Positions 57,204-64,000 of a stretch of 64,000 nucleotides of DNA are shown here, one piece after another. The DNA is taken from the NCBI GenBank assembly GCA_963816395.1, contig CAWFKQ010000004.1, positions 99,917-163,916 on the forward strand. Direction: 5' to 3'. A program made the position numbers and the translations under genes. Numbering within the stretch: the first letter of the stretch is position 1; every line of letters begins with the position of its first letter. Under the pieces are notes generated by a model. The model did not search any database. It was not told the origin of the DNA and saw only the letters and a program-made list of their open reading frames with translations. This DNA comes from an uncultured delta proteobacterium. Lineage in GTDB: Bacteria > Desulfobacterota > Desulfuromonadia > Desulfuromonadales > JACZKF01.

Positions 57204-57945
57204 TTACCTGCCTTCCACTTTAAGGATGGTGGTATATTTCTTCAATGTTCTCAAAGTCATCCAGGTGACAAAGCCGATGCCCAGTAAAACCAGCCATCCT
57301 GAGTCGAAATCGAACTTCCCTTTGGCAAAAATATCGCCAACGGTTTCAAGCGCAAACATGACAATGATGACTGCAAAAAAGCCATTATATTCGCGTTTCA
57401 ATACGTTTTTCAGCGAAAACGGCAAATCGGGTTTTTTGTACCTGTTGAACCTGGGGATAAAAGCAGGTGTGATTTTTGCCCACTCGGAAAATTCGTCGCC
57501 GAATTTGCCCTTAAGATAGGCCTCTTCGGCAAAGATAATCCTTTCGTAGTAAATCCAGAAAATCAGAACATAGATAAGAGCCAACCACCAGAGAAAGGGG
57601 AACAGTGCTATCCCTAAACCCATAAAGAAGTTTCCCAAGATACAAGGGATTTCGCAAAATGGAGTACATTCCCGTCGTATTTAAACGGTTGGCAATCTGT
57701 TTTTTGGTGTTTCTGCCGGAAGTCCGCTTGGGCGTGTGACCGATTGTCAGAATGCGAATGCCCAAGCCAAAGAAGCTGATCAGCAGGCAAAAGGCTTCCC
57801 AGCTATATTCCAGTTTTTCACTGTGATCGGGAAATCCATAATTGCGCATCGCCAATAAAAATATCCCTATGACGACGAGGGGAAGGTAGCTTCTCCAACG
57901 AAACAACCAGTTCCCTGAACTTTCGAATTGTTCCCTGAGTTCCAT
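57204..57945 (-). CDS. ICMT/PEMT-family membrane methyltransferase, LmtA (lipid A 1-phosphate O-methyltransferase)-like (one indel)
   Basis: MELREQFESSGNWLFRWRSYLP, TSGRNT..QIA..LNTTGMYSILRNPLYLGNF, YYERIIFAEEAYL, TPAFIP; AT-richer than its neighbours. Confidence 0.75.
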
Positions 57946-58077
57946 TTTATTCTCCTGTGAGACCTGATGTCGCTGATGAACCCCCCAGGCCGGCAATGCC
58001 GGTTACGGTCCTTCCGCTCCCGAATCTCCCCGTTTTCATTTTCCCGGAGAGGAATTGATTCTTTTCCGAAGGCTACT

Positions 58078-58106
58078 ATTGAAATGCTTTCGGCCGGGGA
58101 TGTCAA
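58078..58106 (-). promoter_or_regulatory. Putative sigma70 promoter of the methyltransferase gene
   Basis: Minus strand TTGACA-17 nt-TTCAAT. Confidence 0.4.
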
Positions 58107-58170
58107 ACGGAATATTGGCCTGGAATATTGGTTGTTTAGCGGTTTCGGCGGGAAGGCAAGGGGGAAGGGC

Positions 58171-58755
58171 TTAGCCGCCGACCAGCCGTCGGAAGGCTTC
58201 ATAGGGTTGAAAGCCGACCAATGCCCGTCCCTGGTAGAGATGGGTCGGCACGCCGGTCAAGCCGAGGGCGAGGGCGCGCTGCCAGTCCGCATCGACGGCG
58301 GCGGCAAAGCGATGTTCGGCCAGCACCTGCCGCGCCGCATCGTCGGGCAGGCCGACCGTCCCGGCGATACGGGCGAGCTCCTCCACCTTGGCGATATTGC
58401 GCCCTTCGACGAAGTAGGCGCGGTAGACGGCGGTGCGAAAGGCATCGCCGTGCCCCTGCTCCTCGGCCCACTTGCCGAGTTCCTGCGCCCGGCGGCTGTT
58501 GAAGGTGCGGGTGCGCTCGCCCAGGGGCAGTCCCACCTCTTTGGCGACCGCCCGCAGGCGGGCGAACATGGCGGGGACATCCGCCCCGGGGAACAGCTCG
58601 TTCAGCTCCCGCCCTTCCTCCGGGGTTTCCGGATGCAGGGGGAAGACGGACCAGCGCAGGTCGAGTTCGAACTCCCGGCGCAGCTGCTCGGTACGGACCG
58701 TACCGAAATAGCACCACGGTCAGATGTAATCGAAGAAGACTTCCAGGACAGGCAT
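58171..58755 (-). CDS. DsbA/FrnE-family thiol oxidoreductase with selenocysteine (UPWC)
   Basis: Minus strand ATG 58755 reads MPVLEVFFDYI-TGA-PWCYFG...FPLHPETP in frame with ORF 58171-58569 (NSRRAQEL, AYFVEGRNI, GLTGVPT, GFQPYE); the TGA replaces the first Cys of CPWC. Confidence 0.85.
58688..58706 (-). promoter_or_regulatory. Putative bacterial SECIS hairpin
   Basis: mRNA UCGGUACG-GUC-CGUACCGA begins 13 nt after the in-frame UGA; the apical loop starts with G. Confidence 0.7.
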
Positions 58756-58812
58756 AGGGGAAAGGATAACAGGGGGTGCGGGTGAAGACAATCGGATGCC
58801 GGGGGCTGGCCT

Positions 58813-58974
58813 TTATTCGAAAAACATCCGGTTCAGTTTCCAGCCGGCATAGATCCCCACTCCGCTGCCGATACAGCTCAGGACCCAGGCGGTCATTATC
58901 CCCACCTTTTCGCCGCCGGCCCAGCCGAGCCAGCCGAAGATGGAAACCAGAATGAAGGTCAATAACTTTTTCAA
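58813..58974 (-). CDS. Small (53 aa) Gly/Trp-rich membrane protein
   Basis: AAGGAG RBS, TTG start; MKKLLTFILVSIFGWLGWAGGEKVGIMTAWVLSCIGSGVGIYAGWKLNRMFFE; below the ORF-track length cutoff. Confidence 0.65.
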   Translation of the reverse strand: MKKLLTFILVSIFGWLGWAGGEKVGIMTAWVLSCIGSGVGIYAGWKLNRMFFE

Positions 58975-59166
58975 CGGTATCTCCTTGGAAAAACGACTCC
59001 CCCGTAGATAACAGGTGCGGCCGGCAAGATCAAGTTTTTACCCCCGGCGCACCTGCCTGCGCGGGTAGCGATTGCTGGATCCCCAAGGCTGATCCGGAGG
59101 AAAGTACGAGTGGATATTCGCAGGGATGTCCGCCGACATTTTTCATGGCCAAGGGGCTGAAGGTTA

Positions 59167-59194
59167 TTGACAGTACAAGGCTCTGGGGTATATT
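59167..59194 (+). promoter_or_regulatory. Putative sigma70 promoter of the FKBP gene
   Basis: TTGACA-16 nt-TATATT about 50 nt upstream of the ATG. Confidence 0.55.
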
Positions 59195-59243
59195 CAGTAG
59201 AAGTTTTTTGCCCTTTAATTTTCCGCACAGGAAAGGAATCGAG

Positions 59244-60043
59244 ATGAGGAAACATGCATTGGCTGTTATGGTGACGTGGGGCATTCTGCTGCTGGCGAGT
59301 GGATGTACCGCTGAGGACAAAGCCGGGGCGAACCCCGAGTTGACGACCTTGAAAGACAAGGTCAGCTATGCCATCGGCCTGAATATCGGCAAGGACTTCA
59401 AACAGCAGGACATCGATGTCGATCCGAACCTGCTGGCCCGCGGCATCAAGGATGCCGTCTCTGGCGCCAAGCCGCTGCTGACGGAAGAGCAGATGCAGGA
59501 AACGATCACCGCCTTCAAAAAGGAGATGGTCGCCAAGCACGAAGCGAAAACCAAAGGCAGAGGCCGAAAAGAACAAGAAGGAAAGTGAAGAATTCCTTGC
59601 TGCAAACGCCAAGAAGGAAGGGGTGGTCACCTTGCCGAGCGGCCTGCAGTACAAGGTCCTCAAGGAAGGGACCGGTCCCAAGCCGAAACCGGGCGATACG
59701 GTCACCGTCAACTATGAAGGTAAACTGATCGACGGCACGGTCTTCGACAGCTCCTACAAGCGCGGCGAGCCTGCTACCTTCCCGGTAACGGGAGTGATCC
59801 CCGGCTGGACCGAAGCGCTGCAACTGATGAAGGAAGGGGCCAAATGGGAGCTGTTCATTCCGCCTTCCCTGGCTTACGGAGAGCGCGGTGCCGGGCCGGT
59901 GATCGGCCCCAACTCCACCCTCATCTTCACCGTCGAACTGCTCAAGGTCACGCCCCAAGGGTGCCGAGCCGCAGGGAAAGGCACCCCAGGGCAAGGCAGC
60001 TCCGGAAAAACCGAAGGCGCCGGAAAAACCGGCGAAGAAATAA
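59244..60043 (+). CDS. Mip/FkpA-type FKBP peptidyl-prolyl isomerase, probable lipoprotein (indels)
   Basis: LASGC lipobox, [63 protein letters not shown]. Confidence 0.9.
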
Positions 60044-60067
60044 GCACGTATTTCCCGCAGACAACCG

Positions 60068-60105
60068 GGGCCGCTCGCGTCGCGTGACGGAGCGGCCCTT
60101 TTTTT
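60068..60105 (+). terminator. Intrinsic terminator
   Basis: GGGCCGCTC...GAGCGGCCC stem followed by T7. Confidence 0.8.
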
Positions 60106-60121
60106 GCGAAAGAAAGGATCG

Positions 60122-60556
60122 ATGAAAATGACCCAGGCGAAAACCGAGGATATGGTGAAGGTTCATTATACCGGGCGACTGGAAGACGGCACCGAATTCG
60201 ATTCCTCGCGGGAGGCCTCCCCGCTGGAATTCACTGTCGGCGGGGGAGAAGTGATCCCCGGCTTCGAGCAGGCGGTGGTCGGCATGCAGCCGGGGGAGTC
60301 AAAGACGGTCCGCATCCCGGCGGAACAGGCGTATGGCGAACACCACGATCAGTTGGTGGCCAATCTGGAGCGCAAGGATATTCCCGAAAATCTGGACCTT
60401 CAGGTCGGCAATCAGCTGGAGGTTACCCAGGAGAGCGGGGAGAAATTCCTGGTCACGGTGACCGATCTGAATGAGGAGACGGTCACCCTGGATGCCAACC
60501 ATCCGCTGGCGGGCAAGGACCTGATCTTCGATATCGACCTGCTCGAGATAAACTAG
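60122..60556 (+). CDS. slyD: SlyD-like FKBP peptidyl-prolyl isomerase (no His-rich tail)
   Basis: VKVHYTGRLEDGTEFDSS, VIPGFEQAV, AEQAYG, LDANHPLAGKDLIF. Confidence 0.88.
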   Translation: MKMTQAKTEDMVKVHYTGRLEDGTEFDSSREASPLEFTVGGGEVIPGFEQAVVGMQPGESKTVRIPAEQAYGEHHDQLVANLERKDIPENLDLQVGNQLEVTQESGEKFLVTVTDLNEETVTLDANHPLAGKDLIFDIDLLEIN

Positions 60557-60643
60557 AAAGTCCCGTCCGGAAGCCGACCGGCCTCCTTCTTGCAATAGCA
60601 GCCGGCGAAAACACTGTCGCTGCTGGCCGGAGGCGGAGGCGCC

Positions 60644-61355
60644 GTGCTCAAGAAAACCATACTCTGTGCGGGGGAGCCCCGGCTGGGGCAGCTACTGGAG
60701 AATTCCGTTTTTGACCGCGGATGGTTTTGTCCTGCTGACCGCTTCCGCTGGGGAAGAGGCTTTTCGCCTGGTGGAGGAACAGGACCCTGCCCTGATCGTC
60801 CTGTACTGGCAATCGCCTGGAATGGCCGAATGCTACCGGCGGCTCAAGGCCGACCCGCTGCTGCGCGGCACCCCGGTCATTCTTCTCGCCACCGGCGGGG
60901 TGGAAGAGGCGGAGGGGAACGATGAGGTTTTGGCGCATCCCCCTGAACGGCGCAAGCTGCTGGCCGCCGCCTGCCGGCTCCTGCAGATCGGCGAACGAGC
61001 TGGGCCGCGCCTGCCGGTCCGTTTGCCGGCGCGGGTCGGCAGACCCGGCGACAGGCCCCGCCCCGTCCGGATCAGGGATCTGGGGCCGGGCGGCCTCTAT
61101 CTGGAAACTGCCCGCCTCTTTCCTGTCGGAACCGCGCTTGAACTGCAGTTTGCACTTCCGGCCAGCGGGCCGCGACTCGCCTGCCGCTGCCGGGTGGCCT
61201 GGGTAAATCATCCGGAATGGGTGAAAAAGCCGTCTTTGCCGTCCGGCATGGGGGTGGAGTTTCTCGATCTCGGAGCGGCGGTGCAAAAAGAGATTTGGGG
61301 ATTTATAGAGAAGGGGGCAGAAAATGACAGGGAATCCGGCCTTATCACTCATTGA
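60644..61355 (+). CDS. Receiver-like domain + PilZ domain protein (indel near start)
   Basis: REC-like GEEAFRLVEEQDPALIVL...LKADPLLRGTPVILL; PilZ RAGPR and DLGPGGLY, RVAWVN, GMGVEF. Confidence 0.75.
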
Positions 61356-61941
61356 CGAGATCCTCGACTTCTGGTTCGCCGCCCTGCCGGCGGAAGGTCC
61401 GCTGCCGGCGGAGCGGCTGCGGCTGTGGTTCGGCGGCGATCCGGCCACCGACCTGGAGATCCGCGAGCGTTTCGCGCCGGAGGTGGATCGTGCTATGCGC
61501 GGGGAGTTCGAGGAATGGCGGCAGACCCCGCGCGGCGCCCTGGCCCTGATCCTGCTGCTCGATCAGTTTACCCGCAACATCCACCGCGACACCCCGGCCG
61601 CCTATGCCGGCGATGAGCGGGCTCTGCATCTGTGCCGGGCAGGTATCGCCCAGGGGCAGGACCGCGAATTGCCGATCATGCAGCGGGCCTTTTTCTATCT
61701 CCCCCTGGAACATGCCGAGGACCCCAAGGCGCAACAGACCTCGGTGTACGCCTTCACTTCCCTGCTGGCTCAGGCGCCGGCCGGGCTGCGGGAAGTCTGC
61801 CGGGGATTTCTCGATTATGCCGAGCGCCATCGCCGGATCATCGAGCGCTTCGGTCGCTTTCCCCACCGCAATCGCACCCTGGGGCGCCCCTCCACCCCCG
61901 AGGAGGAAGAATTCCTCAAGCTGCCGGGATCGTCTTTTTAA
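61324..61941 (+). CDS. DUF924 family protein
   Basis: EILDFWF, LILLLDQFTRNIHR, FFYLPLEHAED, IIERFGRFPHRN..LGRPSTPEE. Confidence 0.92.
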   Translation: MTGNPALSLIDEILDFWFAALPAEGPLPAERLRLWFGGDPATDLEIRERFAPEVDRAMRGEFEEWRQTPRGALALILLLDQFTRNIHRDTPAAYAGDERALHLCRAGIAQGQDRELPIMQRAFFYLPLEHAEDPKAQQTSVYAFTSLLAQAPAGLREVCRGFLDYAERHRRIIERFGRFPHRNRTLGRPSTPEEEEFLKLPGSSF

Positions 61942-61944
61942 GAC

Positions 61945-62005
61945 GTCACTGGTCACTGGTTCGGTTACTGGTTACTGGTTACTGGTTACTGGTTACTGGT
62001 TACTG
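61945..62005. repeat. Heptamer tandem repeat (GTCACTG)2-GTTCG-(GTTACTG)6
   Basis: Six perfect GTTACTG copies at 61964-62005 between convergent genes. Confidence 0.9.
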
Positions 62006-62470
62006 GATCCGTCTGCTCTGTCTCTCTTTTCTGACTCCCTGACTTTCCTTGCTCTTCCTGAAGTCGCCGCTTTCGATCTTCTTCCCCCGGGTTTCCGGGC
62101 GGTTCCAGTAGTAAACCCAGGCCTCGCGCTCGGTTCCATCGGCGGTGCGCACCATGGCGGTCCGGCGCAGGTAGATGCTGCCGGGCTCGTCCGCCGGGTC
62201 GTATTCCTCCAGGGCATCGAGGCGCTGCAGGACCTCCCGGTAGGTGGCGGGATCCAGATCGATCAGTTCCCCCTGCACCCTCCCGCCGCCCGGCAGCAGG
62301 TAGGGATAGCCGCCGTCGGCGACAAAAAAGAGCTCACCGGCGACGGTGGCAGGGACTTCCCGCAGCGAACGCCCCTGCAGATAGCGGGGGTAATTCTTCT
62401 CCCCCCGGCGCAGGGTGCCGTAGACGAAAACCGGCAGCTGGCTGCCTGTCATCCTTCCATCCTCATCCAT
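62000..62470 (-). CDS. Gamma-glutamylcyclotransferase (AIG2-like) family protein
   Basis: VFVYGTLRRGEKN, GYPYL, VQGEL, LDALEEY, AWVYYW. Confidence 0.88.
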   Translation of the reverse strand: MDEDGRMTGSQLPVFVYGTLRRGEKNYPRYLQGRSLREVPATVAGELFFVADGGYPYLLPGGGRVQGELIDLDPATYREVLQRLDALEEYDPADEPGSIYLRRTAMVRTADGTEREAWVYYWNRPETRGKKIESGDFRKSKESQGVRKERQSRRIQ

Positions 62471-62544
62471 TAAGCCTCTGGTCTCCCCATTCTGGTTCTT
62501 CTCCAAAGCACGAGTGCAGGATTCCAGGATAATGATTGCCGCCC

Positions 62545-63600
62545 TCAACCCCCACGGCCGGCATCGCCGGTGAGGCCGAAATGCTCCTCGATCACCTGGA
62601 AGATAGCCAGATAGTGCTCCCGCGCATCCCGCCGGTCCTCCTCTTCCGGCAGATCCTGGCTGCCGCGCTCGATCATCGCCGCCTGCCGCAGCAGCGCCTG
62701 CCGCTGCCGCTCATTGCGGGTGAAGCCGATCACCAGGGCGATCGTCTCCAGCAGGCGGATGGTTACCGCCGCCATTCTCCGGCCGTTCTGGCGGATCTGG
62801 TTGAAGGCGGCATCCACCACCCTGGCAAAGCTGATGGAGCGCGTTATCAGGCGCAGATGGTCGTCCCGGTCGTAGTGGTAGGGGGAGGGGAAGGATCGGC
62901 CGGTCAGCTCGCAGAGTGCCGCCCCCAGGTTGTCGATGCAGGTCATGGCGGTGAAGGGATCGTTGATGCCGGGGGACAGGGCGCGCACGGCGATCTCGAC
63001 CAGTTCATGCACGAGAAACTCGATGTCCTGCTCGTGCGTCCGTTTGCGGCCGAGAAGAAAGGCCGCATTGATCTTTCCCGCCAGAACCTTCTCATCCACC
63101 CGCTCCGGCGGCCAGGCGCGCACCAGTATGGCGCCGCGAACGACGAAGGCGCCCGGGTGGGTTTCGATCCGCAGCAGCAGGTCCTGTTCGCTCGCCAGGT
63201 GCCAGCAGCCCTTCATTGTCGATCGCCTGCAGGTAGCCGAGGCCGGTCGCAGTCAGGGGCACGGAGGTTCTTTTCAAAATCGCCAGGGATCTCGCGGCGG
63301 TCGACTATTTCGTTCCACTCCTCCTGGCGGTCGGCGGCCCGTTGGGGGAACAGGCGCTCGATGGTCCTCTGCAGATCGCCGCTGACGTTGGAAATGATCG
63401 TCATCGCCTGGATCGAATCCGCCACATGGTGGATGAAGAAGATCAGCACTCCCAGGCTGAAGATGGCCAGCCCGAAGCCGAGCAGGATCGAGAGCGTGGG
63501 GGACAAACGCATGATCTTCGCCGCTTCGGATGGTGCGCAGAACCAGCAGGCAGTAGAGATAGGTGGCGATGAACGAACCGAAGACGAACTGGTTCCCGCG
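62545..63600 (-). CDS. DUF2254 family membrane protein, C-terminal part (indels; 5' part rearranged)
   Basis: LIFFIHHVADSIQ, GYLQAID, RTHEQDIEF...LVEIAVRALSPGINDPFTAMTCID, AFNQIRQNG. Confidence 0.85.
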
Positions 63601-64000
63601 CTCTTCTTTCCACGGTGGCCGGCGCGACCATCACCGTCACCGGGGTCGTTTTCTCCATCACCATCGTTGCCCTCTCCCTCGCCTCACAGTTCGGCCCCAG
63701 GCTGCTCTACAACTTCATGCGCGACCGAGGGAATCAGTTCGTCTTCGGTTTGTTCATCGCCACCTACCTCTACTGCCTGCTGGTTCTGCGCACCATCCGA
63801 AGCGGCGAAGATCACGCCTTTGTCCCCCACGCCTCGATCCTGCTCGGCTTCGGATGGTGCGCAGAACCAGCAGGCAGTAGAGGTAGGTGGCGATGAACGA
63901 ACCGAAGACGAACTGATTCCCTCGGTCGCGCATGAAGTTGTAGAGCAGCCTGGGGCCGAACTGCTGCGAGGCGAGGGAGAGGGCAACGATGGTGATGGAG
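63473..64000. repeat. Inverted triplication of an internal DUF2254 segment
   Basis: ~63473-63597 is the reverse complement of ~63730-63852; ~63848-64000 is the reverse complement of ~63653-63803. Confidence 0.85.

Noticed and set aside
61945..62005. Tandem and palindromic repeats as a CRISPR array
   Set aside because: No 23-47 nt repeats with unique spacers and no cas genes in the window.

Overview
This is a GC-rich bacterial chromosomal window. Gene content, intergenic repeat style and a selenoprotein suggest a Desulfuromonadales-like deltaproteobacterium (inference only). Many otherwise intact genes carry single-base indels, most likely long-read errors, so I stitched split ORFs by eye. 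In order: (1) a type I restriction-modification locus (rhuM-hsdS ... hsdR-M48 peptidase) with an AT-richer three-gene CBASS cassette (patatin effector, CD-NTase, stand-alone E2 with a Zn-finger tail) between hsdS and hsdR. (2) tonB divergent from a large lipoprotein and a FusA/YddB-like TonB-dependent receptor. (3) An LVIVD-repeat protein and a hybrid histidine kinase. (4) A glgE-treS/mak-treZ-GH57-treY glucan/trehalose operon. (5) A ~25 kb lipid cluster: MMPL + PhnD-like binding protein + TPR lipoprotein (BstABC-like layout), hpnJ, then ino1, HAD, NTP transferase, ITPK1-like ATP-grasp, class III aminotransferase, Gfo/Idh/MocA dehydrogenase, CDP-alcohol phosphotransferase, flippase-like protein, TolC, second MMPL, HpnM/MlaC, two more radical SAM enzymes, a second CDP-alcohol phosphotransferase and an LmtA-like methyltransferase. 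(6) A DsbA-family selenoprotein missed by the ORF track (UPWC motif, SECIS-like hairpin), two FKBPs, a PilZ protein, DUF924, a GGCT and DUF2254, ending in an inverted triplication that is probably an artefact. The best candidate for an undescribed system is the inositol/aminocyclitol-lipid cluster with its ITPK1-like kinase and two export routes; next is the RM-nested E2-only CBASS. All family calls come from motif recognition by eye; no searches were run.
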